DNA of 64,000 nucleotides from Antedon mediterranea (lineage: Eukaryota; Animalia; Echinodermata). The notes beneath the pieces were generated by a model that was given only the letters and a program-made list of their open reading frames with translations, had not been told where the DNA came from and did not search any database. Positions 13,961 to 37,744 of this stretch are shown piece after piece (the first letter of the stretch is position 1; each line of letters starts with the position of its first letter). The DNA lies in assembly GCF_964355755.1 (NCBI RefSeq), contig NC_092671.1:3782001-3846000 (forward strand), in the 5' to 3' direction. A program made the position numbers and the translations under genes.

Positions 13961-15448
13961 ACCATGTGATAAAGACAATGTGATGAAGACGATCGCGTCT
14001 TGTACAGCTCAAAACAGCTTCTAATTCGAGGCGCAGAAGTCATCCAACAGCAATTTCATTCATGGTTGATTGACTTCTCACTTCCCTGCAGTCGCAACTT
14101 TGAAAGCTCCGTAACATAATTCGATCTGGATCTAAACTTTAACTAGATATCGCTACTGAAATAATTTTTTAGTAGTCAATTTTGTAAACTTTTCTGGAGT
14201 GCCTTTGCTCTTTCTGTCACTAAATAAACTCAAAAAAGAGATGTCAATAATAGAGATTTGATGGGCTTCAGAGGTGGATCAACTATTTTTTAGGAGCCCT
14301 ATATATAATACCTAATAATAGTGTTTAAAAGTTATCTAAAAGTTGTTATTTTAGCTGTCAAAAATGGGAAGGCCCAAGGTATTCTACTGTAACCCAAAAA
14401 ACTCTGAAATAATAATACTTAGTTCTGGTTAATGTTCTTTTAAATCTGGACTGAAAATTCACATCAAACAAAAAAATGTAGGCTTTGCCCAACTTTTACT
14501 AATAACTATAGTTCTTGTCCATGGACAAATTGGAGAGCTGTCCATCTACAATGTTGACCCTTAGAAAAACCAAATTCATTCCAGTTCATAAACAATCCAG
14601 TTTATAACCTTTCATCCTCTGGAAAAGGGAGTGCCAAAATACATAATCATCTACACTGTTAGAAATGAATGTTACCTTCATCTTTCAAATTAAATACTAT
14701 CAAACATTCTATCAGAGAATACCAATTTGCAAACTGACAGTTTTATCAGCAGAAAAATTGTAAGAATTTATGCCAAATATTTGTATAATCATTTAATAAT
14801 ATTGTAAACTAACCATCTCCAATGTTTTGCTTTAGACTCTGAAGGTTAGAAGGCATCAGAATGTAAGGAGAAAATTGAAACCACATGTTGAACTATCTTC
14901 AGGTCCCACACACACACTTGTCTATGCTTAGATTTTGTTGAAGTTGACTGGCCTAAGTGCATTCTATATTGTTCGTGAGACCTGATCAGTAATTACTAAT
15001 TATTTAAGTAAGTAATTAGCGCACGCTTTGTTTAGAAGATATATCTAAAAAGGTTTTTGTTAAAATATTTTTACTATTTTTAATTAGCAAAAATCATTAA
15101 AACAACAATACATCTTTAATAAATTTATTAATTTAACCAAGGAAATCTAACAACATGATGTTGAGTTCAAAAAGTTTATCTGTGGTTGGAACACGATCAG
15201 TTCTAAGCCCTTAACAGGCACAGCACGTCGAGGATATGTCCATACTGTTAGTATTTGTCGCAGGCAGACATAGGATCAAAGGACTGAGTCTAAGTCTAAC
15301 TCAGTGTCCTGTTAGATTGCCTTGATTTAACTAATTAAACAAATTGTGTTATTTATTCAAAAAGGCGTGTAAAAATATCTAAATTTTTTTTATAGGCACT
15401 TGGCTTTACCATGTTGTGTTTGTGATATGTTTGGCCTGCTATGGGACA

Positions 15449-25339
<9,891 letters not shown>

Positions 25340-25621
25340 TCTTTCTGGAACAAAATTAGAAAATATATATTTTTTATTAAAAGTTTGTTTTTTTGGTTGC
25401 TACCAATAAGAGAAAGAATATTATGTTTTCATTTGATGAGCCTCAGGAAGGATGATGTTAATTTAAATACAGTTACAGGTGTTTTCAAGATTTTATTATG
25501 CAAAATATTTGTACCAGGTGTTTCAAATGGTTACTAAGTCACATCTTTACACACTTAATGTGGGTATGAAAATAAGTTTGAAAAAGGGATCAAAATACTG
25601 TAGATTGGGGTACATTTCCTA

Positions 25622-25827
25622 AAGGCCAATTCAGACAACATTGTACGACGAGGCCCGATGAACCGTCTCGCCAGGAGGAAATTAAACATATTTACAGTTC
25701 TCCTGACGACCTAAAAACAACGCCCGAAGCTATTTTGACTCGTCATGTCGGGATTAAACTCGGACAGTACTGACAATTCAAGACGTTTTGTCGGGCCTCG
25801 TCGTACATTGCTGTCTGAATTGGCCTT
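25622..25827. mobile_element. Palindromic MITE downstream of the CDK4/6 stop codon
   Basis: TIR AAGGCCAATTCAGACA..ATTGTACGACGAGGCCCGA / TCGGGCCTCGTCGTACATTG..TGTCTGAATTGGCCTT (~45 bp), flanked by TA. Confidence 0.85.
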
Positions 25828-28800
25828 TATTCTGTAATAAATGGTTTGTTTGCAGTTTGAACATATATTTAAAATCTATATTTCACCTCTTTGTTTACAC
25901 ACCGTATGCAGACAAAACACCATTTCTACTAAAATGTTACAGCATATGTGTTCATGTGTAGTATTTATTTACTTACTGTCAACAAAATGGCTAGCACTTA
26001 CATTGAGGAAACTACTACCGAGTAATTATAACATTCTTTACATTAATACTACATACCATGTATGAGACTGCCCAGTTATAGTAATACTGAAATAAATAAG
26101 GTGTATAAATAGTTAAGATAGGAAATCTGTAAGAGAGTGAAAATATACATAAATAGTAGAGTATCTAGGCAGTATTGATCTAGCAGGGCCTTAGCCAGCA
26201 TGAGGCAGATGAGGCGCTTTTCAATGTTTACTACCCACCACCCCAATTCCTCAGCAAAGATCGTATATTTTAAAGCATCTTTGCTTCGTCTGTTTTCAAC
26301 CTCTCGCTACGGCCTTGTATAGGATTTTTCTTTACTATGATCAGACAACTAGCATGGTAGGGCCTAAGAATTAGTCCTAAGAGAGTGCATAGCCAGTAAT
26401 AATCTCTCATTTCTACCACAAATTCCAATGATGCAACACTCTTTTTTAAGTCGCCAATCCCTTTCAGCTTTAAGTATGTTATGAAATTTCAAGTTTTTAA
26501 TCTGCAACAGCCAACATGTAGCAATAAATTGTTAGTAAATTCTAAATACACAGTATCATATACATAGCTTAAATGCAATTTCAACAGTAAGATTTTTCCA
26601 AAATACTCACCAAAACATGTGCTGTATCACTATTACAACTAGGGAGTTCCCTGAAGTTGCAGCCTGAAGGCCAGGCTCTGTAATGCAGTCCCGAGATTTC
26701 CTCAAAACAGACCAGTGAGATAAAGCCTAATTCCAGCAACTTAACAATGGTTGGATTCTAGTTCAAACTATGCTAGTCTTTAAACATTTCATGTAACCAG
26801 TAATATAACAATATTTGACAGGTGCTTTCAGCATTTTATTTCGTATAAAAATTTAAATATTATTAATTACATTAATCTTGACTATACTTAGGAATTTCTT
26901 ATTTGTTGTATAATAAAATCAGGGTGTAGTATTAACAAATTTGAATACACATTTACATTAAAAACTATGGTAATACAATTTAACTTAATACAGTAACCAT
27001 CTACAAAATTATGGAAGTAATTAATTGTAATTGTAAACTAATCAAACTTGGAATAATTGTTTGTAAATATTATTTTAATATTTGGATATTACAAATGCCA
27101 TCTGGCAGTATTCAACATTCAAATAAAATACTTTTATCATGTGTTGTAAATTTCATGACAAAATTCATACATTGATATTCTGTTTCCATCACTAATAATT
27201 GAAAACCATTCAGTGTTCTCCCAATATAGAAATCAATTTTGGACAATTTATTGATTCTATAAGCTGTAACTAATCTACTAAATACAAAAAAGTCAAATAT
27301 TGTGATAATGTACTAGGTCTATCCGATTGACTAAATATAGCCTTCGATTTCTCTTGGTCTATGTTTTTAATGGCTAGGTCTAACCAACCGCCACTAGATA
27401 AGTGCTTATTTTATGTACACAGTAATTTTCTTGCACCATTTTGAATACCGGTTGGAGCCAGTTTAATCCGGAAAATCTTGCTGGAAAAACCTGCTTTGGG
27501 AGAACACTGATTCAATAATAGTTCAATGCATTTAGGAATCCTTGTATAGAATATAATAGTTAGTTTGATCATGCTTTTAATGTAGTCTGCTATAGTAGTG
27601 GATGTTGTAAAGACAGAAATTCAGAGGTTCAAATTTAATCATGAAAAAGCGCCACAAATCACATTTAATACATCATGCATAACAACAAAATAAAACCATG
27701 GGTCTTTTAAAAGGTTTATTTTGGTCATTTTAAAATTATTCTTTATTTTCTACAGAATGAAAAAAGCTTTGTGTTCTTGTGTGCTGTGAGTTGTATACTG
27801 CCATAGATTTTTATAATACCTAGTATTTCAGGGTGCCGATTTTAGGGGTAAAAGAGCTAAATGCCCCATGTTTATTTAAAAAAGGTTGAATACATTTTAA
27901 GAAAAGTAATGTTTATATTCTAAATTTTAATTGTATGGCCCTTTGTTTGACAAATTTTGGGCCAGTTGGTACTACAGTATAAATAGAGTTATCTTTGTAT
28001 TAATTGTGGGGCTGAAGTTTACCCCTGGAATGGAGTATAATTTTGTGAGTTAGTAGTAGTATTCAGAATATATTGAATTTTGTGAATGTTGATAATACAA
28101 TGCAAGTACTGTTTACATAACAGTAGAAAAGTAATATTTGTTGTTGTTACTCTTTTGATTGCGATGAAAATATTTTTGGAGTGACTAGTTTTTTGCTTAG
28201 TATTTTTAAGCAAATTGTTTGTTAAATAATTATGACAAGTGACAATTTTTGAGACAATAAATTGTTGGAATTATTTTGCTAGATAACCTATGTGTGATTG
28301 TCTTTTTTCTGCTGTGTATTTTAGTTTATTAGCATGTGTAGGTTAGTGACACCCCAGGGAACACGCTCTGACTTTTGAAGAAATTGAGTCTATGGCCGCC
28401 GTTCACCCACTCCTTAAAAAACATAAATATTAGATTATTTATGAAATTATAAATTATTATCATTTAAAAAGTAACTCTGTATTTTGACTAAAAGTATTTG
28501 ACTACGAGCAAAAATATATCATTTAAACACTACAAAATAAAGAGGAAGTCAATACAACACATCTATGTGTTCATTGATGGCGATTATAGATATCTCAAGA
28601 TGCTTTCAATAATACAGTACTTCTGTAACTAAATTTCATACAGTACTATAATCCAAATATTTGCAGCCTAACTAATATATAAATATATTATTTATTTTTA
28701 TATTATAAGTATTTACGAATTTGTAGGCATACAGCCAAAACACCCAGTGATATAATGGTTTTAAATTAAACCGACATGATCTATTATAATGTTATTTTAA

Positions 28801-29039
28801 ATGTATTCTTTTATACCATATTTATTCAAATAAACGCCTCCCTCAAATATCCACAGCATTAATTTTTTTAACCATTATTCTGCATTGAATCTGTGCTTAC
28901 TGTAAATATATATATATATCTTTGTGCTGAAGTAATTTGAACAAGTCTGAAATACACAAAAGAATGGATGAATATTTAAAATCAACTAACTGATTATATT
29001 GCTCTTTATATTTGATTTGGTCACTGCTTCAAAAGAGTC

Positions 29040-30624
29040 TCAATCGATAATCTCTCCGTATCTGACGGTATAGATGTTGCGATACATTCTTGCATATAGG
29101 AAGGTTAAGAACGACCACTTCCAGCTCATGAATACCCATATAGAGGCCAGATAATACCCGCACGGGTTACAGTTTAAAGTCGTCAAATCTAAACAGCAAA
29201 AATAAAATATTGGAAAAGAATATTTATTTTTTGAAATAGTGTAAAGCAGAAACTGAACAAATTTCATATAACAAGTTAATTGACTAAAAAACAGTTTCAT
29301 TTAACCGACTATAGCTGTACAATATTAAGTTGCAGTGGTTTTTTGATTGACCACTGTTGTCTATGATGTCAACTACCATAATAGTGACCGTTTGATTGCT
29401 TGACCATCCAACAGATTAAACAGAAATGCGGTTGGTATAAATCATATTGCAAACAAAAGTTTACTAATGTAGACTTCTGCAACTTGTTTTCTGCAGTTTA
29501 ATAATATTTGTTCTTATATAGCGCTTATTGCACAACACTTCTAAGCGCTTCACATTATTACCCCGAACATTTTTTTGGGATCAAACACGTATGAAAACAT
29601 ACCCCATAATGCAGCTAGTAATCAGCGCAAAGTTGTCTTGACCTTACAAGGTACCTTTATATACACCTGGTTTTTCAACTGGACTACACAAACAAAATTG
29701 CTTAAGTTTGCAAATAGGAGTTTGCTTGTGTAGACTGAGGATAATTTTGTTTGATTTTGTTGCAACTTGCCTAAAAGTATTTAGAAAAAATCTTGAGAAA
29801 TGTATAATGTTTTACAGTACCTTGTTTCTGCTCGACTGCCATCACAATATACGTGAAGAACGCCACAATACATCCCATCTGTGTTACAAGTCCTATGATC
29901 AGTAGGATTGATAAGACAGGGATGTACCTTTCTTTGCTATTGTCTTTATTGTGTTGAAGATGAAGAAATAGACACACCATTGCAAATAAAGCTGTAAAAA
30001 CGTTTAAATTATCAGTATCATTAAACTTTATCTTTGAATTTATATTGATTGATAAAATATAGATAATTATCAGAAATAATATATAGATAACATACTATCG
30101 GTCTGTAGACGTTTATTATCAATTTATGCGTTGTTTAATTAATTGAAATTATAATAAAATAATTTGCCACGCTCAACATACCGATGTTTACCAATAGATG
30201 GCAATATCTTTAGATTTTTCATAAAGCCGACTATGATTTTATGTATTTTAGAAATATTACAGCACCCTCTACAGTTTGGATATGATTTCAGAAAACCACC
30301 CAATGTTTCATTTTTCCATATTGAGAGGTCTGAGAGGTTAAAAAACCATGAACAATACTTCTCATAGAGATTTGATTGATATGAGGCCTAATCTTAACCA
30401 GCTTCATTTAGATGAAATTTGAACAAAAGAATTCTAAATATCTTTTTTAGAACTGTACAAGATTTTGACTTACAACTGAATCCTCCCCAACAGGCGACAT
30501 GATAATTACGAAACTTCTCATCAGCTAAAAAGACGATTAAAACCAGCAAACCTAAAGAAGTTCCGGTAACTGCATAACCAATTCGAAGCCTTATTCTCGA
30601 GAGTGATGATGCACTTCTCTCCAT
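29040..30624 (-). CDS. SLC48A1: Heme transporter HRG-1 (156 aa, 3 coding exons)
   Basis: Exons 30624-30474, 29991-29821, 29188-29040 (phase 1/1, GT-AG, 471 nt). Four hydrophobic segments, His in TM2 (FLHLQH), and C-terminal YYLASIWVFMSWKWSFLTFLYARMYR matching the HRG-1 pattern [26 protein letters not shown]. Confidence 0.92.
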
Positions 30625-30758
30625 TTTTTCAGTTTCTGAAATACAATAGTTTTTAATATTGGTCTAAAAAATTAATTTCAATATAATACATCAAAAAATC
30701 AATTTTAGATGATCTAGGTCAGCCTAATGCACATTGATTTGATTTGTCGTAACCTTAA

Positions 30759-31304
30759 AGACACTAGACCTACAGTTTTTGACGTTTTGTAAAAATAATG
30801 CATATATAACTTTATATATAAAGTTTTTGTAATTTATATTTGTAAAGGGGGTTAAACTCGAAATCTATTTTTTAACCTCCTATTGCCATGCTGTAATCGT
30901 TTTAAAAATATATATATATTTTATTGTGGCAATAACAGTTGAATACAAAACATTAAACCAGGTCATTTCTTGTCTTAAAATAATTGTCTTTCCTTTATTG
31001 GCAGAATCCAAAGTGGGCAAGACCTGGTATTTTAGCTGAAAAGTTACAGTTATTTGTTTGTTTACCCTTTCACATGATCGATTGAAGTGGGTGCATCACA
31101 TCAAAATATGAAAATATCAATCCGTGCGCGATGCATGTTGGGACTTAGAGCAGGCCGCTAAAATTATTAGAATCAACTTATTTTTCACATTTTTAACAAT
31201 TTAAAGATGAAAAAATTTGTCGCAATAGGTCCATATGGTATTTATTTTTACATAAGATGTAGTGTGTGACCTTAAATTAGGTCAAAAAAATGTAGGTCGT
31301 GTCT
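30759..31304. mobile_element. Non-autonomous DNA transposon with TTAA TSD (Kolobok-like)
   Basis: TTAA-AGACACTAGACCTACA ... TGTAGGTCGTGTCT-TTAA: AG-starting TIRs with a TTAA duplication. Confidence 0.7.
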
Positions 31305-32158
31305 TTAAGTTAAAGGAACATGAATGATAAATATTTGGCTTCGGTGGTGAACCATGGTCCATGGATGTTGTCATTTATACGCAGCAGCAGAAATGAATGG
31401 TGATCGATAAGCAATTGATTCTTTCTAGGCCATTTCATTAATGCATGGAATTCTATTTCTTACCAGTGCCACATTCTTTGAAATCCAACATTTTTAAACA
31501 AACATGACTTGCAAAATCTATACGAGAGGAGATTTTAATAAATACCTATACAAGTTTATTATTTTATTACTCCTTCTTTTTTGCCTCCTTATCTTTTTAT
31601 TACTATTAGGCCTATTCTTATAATAAATTATTGCGGTGTATTCTTATTTCACTTTTAATTGGTAAATTGAGAATCACTTAATTTAAGACGAAGAAGGATT
31701 AGGTAGGAAAGTACTGTACACTTTTATAAAAGGGAAGCTGCTAAAATGTAAAAAAAGGCAGGCCCAAACGACCATTTGAAGGGCATATAGACTACTAGTA
31801 GTACGTGCTATAGCCTAACGTCCTGGCTTTAGGCTATGTTACTGGTGGTGGCGGTACTCACTTTAGCGAGGCCTACCTAGCCTAGTAGTGGGGACTAGCC
31901 TAGCCCACTAGAGGTAGGCCGGCCTAGGGTCTAGCAACTTACACTGTACTAAAGGCCTAGGGCCTAGGCCTAGGTAGGCCTAGGGCCTAGGCCTAGGGCC
32001 TAGAGGCTAGCTAGGCCCTACTAGGCTAGGCCTAGCTAGAAAATCTACCTAGGCCTACTACTTGCTATATATGGCAACTAGGCCTAGTTGGCAGCAGTAA
32101 AGTGTGCGTTAGAATTAGATAAAACATATATTCTCTGATACATTAAAATCAAGTTTAC

Positions 32159-32340
32159 CCTACGACTACAAGTTTCAGATGTTTGGCGATGTCATGTGTG
32201 TCAACAAATAAAAACAAGACTCTCTTGCTGTGTCGTCACAGATCGAGTACGACGAGTGGTTATATAGAGGGCTCAAATCCAAAAACAAAATAATAATTTT
32301 AGAGAATCTGATTGACGTCAGTGAGTGAAATTACCAATAA
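32159..32340 (-). promoter_or_regulatory. Probable SLC48A1 promoter and non-coding first exon
   Basis: Minus-strand TATATAA at 32266-32260, CRE palindrome TGACGTCA at 32313-32320, donor AGG|GTAAAC at 32159/32158, and acceptor TTTCAG just 5' of the ATG at 30636. Confidence 0.5.
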
Positions 32341-32909
32341 AGCCGCGTGTTCAAAAATCAACACACGCCCTCATAAATTAACACCTGAGCGACTGTAAAA
32401 ACTAATACTTATTAACATTTTATTATAAATTATTATAATATACAGTAATTACGTTTTGTCGACTACCGAACCAAACTCGCAGGTTTTCTTTTACCATTAT
32501 ACATACAATAATACAAAACAATAAACAAATTAAACAATATATTTTTTAATGGATTGTGGGAGAGGGGGGGGGGGGGATTTTAATATTTATATTGAAGTGT
32601 GCCTTAATATTTTACTTGAACTTTTTGTAATTCCTCATACCAGAGGAACTTTGACATCCACATTTTAACACGCTTGAAAGCATTTGGAGCTTTCATCAAA
32701 ACAAGCTTTTATTTGTGTTTACCGTTACTACTGGATGAATTAATTCCAGTATAATAAAGGATTTTCTATAATTTACATTCTATATAAAATGTTAAGCAAA
32801 CAAGTGGGTGTTTGTTGCAAATAGATTCAATAGAGAGACAGAATAAAAGATTCTGGTTCGTCGATCTGCTTTGTCATTCATAATTTATATAGGCTAGTTC
32901 TCTCAGTTA

Positions 32910-35626
32910 CTAATTGTACATTTCGTCAAGTATTCCTTCAATATTAGAGCACATATCTCTGACTACAGTTATTGTTTTCTCCGAGTTTTCCAGTGCGCAT
33001 TCATGTTTGTCTTTGTTGTTATAATCACTGAAGTATTTGAGCCATTCAAACTTACTATTAGTTGCGGGTTGAATCTAAAAGAATAAAAAAAAATGTAAAG
33101 TTGTATTATTTACATATAAGTTTAATACAATTATTAACCATGATCAATATTTGAGATTTAGCTACTTCTAAATGATACCCAATTTTGCAGCTATCACTTA
33201 CATTTTAACTGACTATCGCAAGTCATCTAGATATGAGTCTGTACATAGTGACAGTTGTAGGATCGAATGTAAATGACAATAATAGAATATATATAAGAAA
33301 GAATCATACACTTACCGATACAAAGTAATCAAAAAGAAGTTTGAATTTAGTTTCAAAACCTGTCCAATTAAATCTGACGACAGATTTATGATCTGTGTTC
33401 CGAATAATAATGAAATCTAAAGATTTGAATCTAGGTATTTTGGGCTTGGTACTAGAGTCTGTCGGCTCTACGGGATAACCATATTTGTTTCCAAATTTCT
33501 GCATAGCATGGTTTAGAATATTTCGTCCCTTCTGCAGCACAGTGGAGATATGATCAACTACATCGTCATCACCCATTACCATTAGAATACTGTATTCCAA
33601 TTCAAGTTGGCATTTTCTTAATGTTTTTAATTCCTCACCCATCAAAGATCCATCATCAGAAGAAGACAACAGTTCTGCAAGTTCCTGTTTCAGATTAATC
33701 TCTTTAGTCCACTTTTCGTTACCTTTAGCGACAGAAGCAATACTTTTCAAAGCAGACATTCTCAATTCAGTGTCGTCCGTCTTTTTCGTTTCTTCTAATA
33801 ATCGTTTTGCACCAATTAAACTTTGCATTTTTGTTGACTGCGTAAACTTTTCTATCGCTTTACGTTTATCTCCTGATTCTGCTGCTTTCTCTCCTTCTGC
33901 TACAAGTAAGTCCATTATAACTTTTTGACGAAAATCTTCTTGCTCTTTCGTACAACTCACGCTTCTAATACTGTCTAGCATCTCCCTACAATCATCAAGA
34001 TTACCAATCTCCAGATTTACCTTGGTGATCTTCAGACATATCTTTGTCGACAGCTCCTGATCCTGGTTTGCATGAGTTCTAAACTGTTTCAAAGCGTCCT
34101 CATAGTATGAACAAGCCTTTTCAAAGTCACCTATTTTTTCATGTAAAACTGTGCATTTTCTATAGTCGGTTGAACTTTATCTCGACCTTTTGAATCCCGA
34201 ATTTTAAGATCAAAACGTTTTTTTAAATAGGTAATTACTTTAGCAACATTGCTCTGCTGTTCATCGATAAATTCAATCGGTCCTTTTCTAGGAGTGTTTT
34301 TTACAAATGACTTAAGAGCAATCTTCAAACACTCTTGATTTCTGAAAATTGCCTGATCATATTGTTGTTTTATCGATATAAACAAACGTGCATATTTTTG
34401 GTTTACGTCAAACAAGACAAATTGATCGTCTTTAAAATCAGATAATAGATTATCATATACGACACTCGCATCCTCATGTTTTCCCAGATAGAGTAAGGCC
34501 TTTGCTTTTTGCATTTTGGCTCCAACGTCAGATGGTTGCAGTCTTATGGCATTTTCAAGACATTCCAGTTGTCTGTTTGGCTCATTCTTTTTTCTGTAAA
34601 GAACTGCCTCTTGAACAAAGATACATGCTGCGTCATTGTATTTTTTCTTCGTATATTCTATAACGTTTTGAGCTTCTTCAAAGTATACGGAATTATTATC
34701 GTTCGGCCTAGTACACGTTATTTTACGTTTTCGTTTACATCTACAATCACCCATTCGGATATAGCATTGAGCTATGAGACTCAGAACTCTTGGTCTGGAA
34801 GCCTTTTCCTTTGCTTCGCTGAGAAGATTCATAATTTGTACTATACGAGGATCATTCACATTTTCAAATATAAGACTGTGGCCAACATCTTGGTTAAATG
34901 CTGTATTGCTCATAGAATGTTGCTCATATTTTCGTCTGTATATATCAGCTAAGATAGTCTTGGCGTATGCATGATCTGCATCTCCTCCAAGACCTCATTC
35001 ATGATTTTCTTAGGTCGATTAATTTTATCAGACCACTCAAACTTATTTATATTTGTGTATCTTCGCCATGTTATGAGTCCAAGCTTAAACTTCCACTCGA
35101 CATTGTCTGGACATATCTCTGTTGCTTTCTTTAGCTCAGTCTCGCTTTCCTTGTACCGACAATATTTCAACTTTGACCCTTTGGTTGCATGAACACTCGC
35201 TTGAAACTTTCTTTTATCTTCTCCTACGGAACCTTGATATTTTGTAAGAAGGATTTTGAGATCCCTGTAATGTTCTTTCCTTTCGCGTTCGTTAGTTGTG
35301 AGCCAACACTTTAATGCTAAATATATTGATTTATACCCATCTTTGATTGATTCAGGTATTCTATCAGGTAATTCTGATATGCCACGAAAGGCTTCCTCAT
35401 TTATTTCTTTTGCTTTTGCAATATCCTTCTCAACATTTCCTTTAGAATCTGACTTGTATAAGAAGCTTTCAAACAAAAGTTCTTCAATGGTGAACGATTC
35501 TCTGTTTTCTCGATGTTCATTAATAGATTGTATTAGGGATTGAAAGGATTTAGATATGGGCTTACTTGCAAGTTCCCAATTATCATGAAAGTCAACATTT
35601 TGTAAATCAATATCTTCCGATTCCAT
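32910..35626 (-). pseudogene. IFIT-like TPR-HEPN paralog A (two frameshifts)
   Basis: Long exon 35626-33316 is split into three ORFs by frameshifts near 34983 and 34147. The terminal exon 33074-32910 encodes IQPATNSKFEWLKYFSDYNNKDKH...EMYN*. Frameshifts could be assembly errors. Confidence 0.8.
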
Positions 35627-37744
35627 GGTGTAGGCACATACTGAAAACAGACAATTAGAAGATTTAACTAGGAAGATTAGAATAACTTTGTAGATTAATG
35701 GCATAGAAATAAATGTCAATGTTGATACTGGATTGTTATCTTTCTTAAGAGACTAAGTACACTAAAATACGATGAACTGGTTTCAATACGATTCAATCCA
35801 ACGCACGGCCGTATTTGGTTTAATTCAATCAATTGTTCAAATTAATTTTTGTTTTGGCGACAGATACTGTTTGTCTCTTGACATTCTTTGGCACAATTAT
35901 ATTTTTACTTATGTTTTACCGAAATCAATAATTGATAACATAATTATTGCGGCCAATGACATTCCAACATTTTTGAAATTCTGGAAATATGAATACGAAT
36001 TTGTATTATAGTGACACTTAGTGTCACAACCTACATTGGTAAAGGGCCAACTGAGACAAGTTTACTTCTAGGTTGGTTCTCAGTTTTATACTCTGTAATA
36101 ATTTGTATAACGTTTTGAATAAATAAATGTTTGTTGAATTGAATTGACTTTAGTGATGTGTGTTACATATGCCTATACTCTGCGTCGAAAATAGAGAGAA
36201 ATAGAGGCATATTGCGTAATTCAATAAATCAAACGTTATTGTTATCATGGATATTCACCTTACTTACAAATGCGTGCTGATTAGACTTTATGACTCTCTC
36301 TATAAAATTACACATTTATTTAAGCCACTAACCTCCTTTTCTTATCTAACTGTAGTGAAATGTCCACAAACTAACTTCTAATTCGAAAAAACAAACTTCA
36401 AGCAATAAAACAGGCCTGACACGCAATCTTTGTAGAATTCAATATAATGACGTAATCATCATCAAACATTAACATAATATATGTCAACATATTGACTCCT
36501 ATCACAATGGTTTTCGTTCAGATATTATACATGTATTATACTTCCAAACTGTCCTGGAAATTCCTCGCATTATACGCATGGATGACTGTATTTATTAGAC
36601 AACTTGTTTAAACATGCAGTGAATCGTAGGAACTCATTCTTGTTCTATTATTATTAAAATCAATGATATTTTCATAGACATGTTGTAGCACAACCTAAAG
36701 TAGAATCATTAACGTACAATCTAATTTCTACTTATCCTATTATAATACCTGTATCGTTCATTTCGCCTGCTGTCCCTTCTTTCAAATGTTCCTCTCTTTT
36801 TAATGTACAATAAGCTACCTTTTTATTTCATTTAGCAAACAAAAACCATGAAGCAGCTGGATGGACATTGTATTACAATTATTGAATTGTGTTAGAGAAT
36901 TGATTTTTCTTTTGTGGGGTTTTCCCACTTTTATTTCTTCGAAATACGGTAGTATTTATTAAATTGATGTGCACAAATTATCGCACTTAATTTAATGGAC
37001 ATCAATAGTTTCAGGAGTTTTTTTAAAGATACTTTTTTTGTTATAGGCCTATAATATATTTTTGGATTTTTTTTTACTGTTTTTTAAAATCTATTATAAT
37101 TACGATTACATTAAGAAAAGAGGTTTTAATTAGCAATACACAATTAAAACAGCACACAAGCATCCTAAACTATCACGGTACATTAAAAATGATACATTAA
37201 AATAAAGTTGCCACACAAACAAATCTACAATTGTTATATACTGAACAGTAAAAGGTTGATGTGGAAATTGAGGATGAATACGAACCATTAATTCTCTTTT
37301 TTGATATGCAGAAAATCTACAACTGTCATCTATATATACATTTACGTAAGGGCAAAAATCGGTAAATCGAGCGTTATTTCTCAATATATAAATTTACGTA
37401 AGGGCAAAAATCGGTAAATCGAGCGTTATTTCTAGAATGTTTACGCGATCGTATATAAAGTTGGTTAGAATCTCGGTACTGATTTTAACCACCTGATGTA
37501 ACCCTGTTTACTAATTAAATTGAGTTAGATAATTAGTTATTGACAATTAAAACGAATTTAGGTTCAACGATTTGCCCCAAATAGGGGTGTTTTTCGATCG
37601 TGGTATACACTGTCTAATGGATGTCCGTCTTGAAAAATCGCACACTATATACAGCGTCTTCTTCTGTAGTATCTTGATTGTAAGAAAGCTTTTGAGTTTC
37701 TTGTAGTTTTCTCTCTTTTCTTTGGTTTGTTGTAAACAAGTACG

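Noticed and set aside
31352-31364. CCATGGTCCATGG resembling the P-like footprints
   Set aside because: No flanking 7-bp duplication.
32225-32240. ARE/MARE-like TGCTGTGTCG near the SLC48A1 start
   Set aside because: Mismatch in the core TGAC, too weak to claim NRF2/BACH regulation. No IRE hairpin was seen in the 5' UTR.
34509-35543. Plus-strand ORFs opposite the TPR genes (also 44039, 44518, 53317, 56998, 57327)
   Set aside because: Antisense shadows of real coding sequence.
37335-37432. ~49-bp tandem duplication (also a degenerate pair at ~12020-12200)
   Set aside because: Ordinary slippage or duplication with no further structure.
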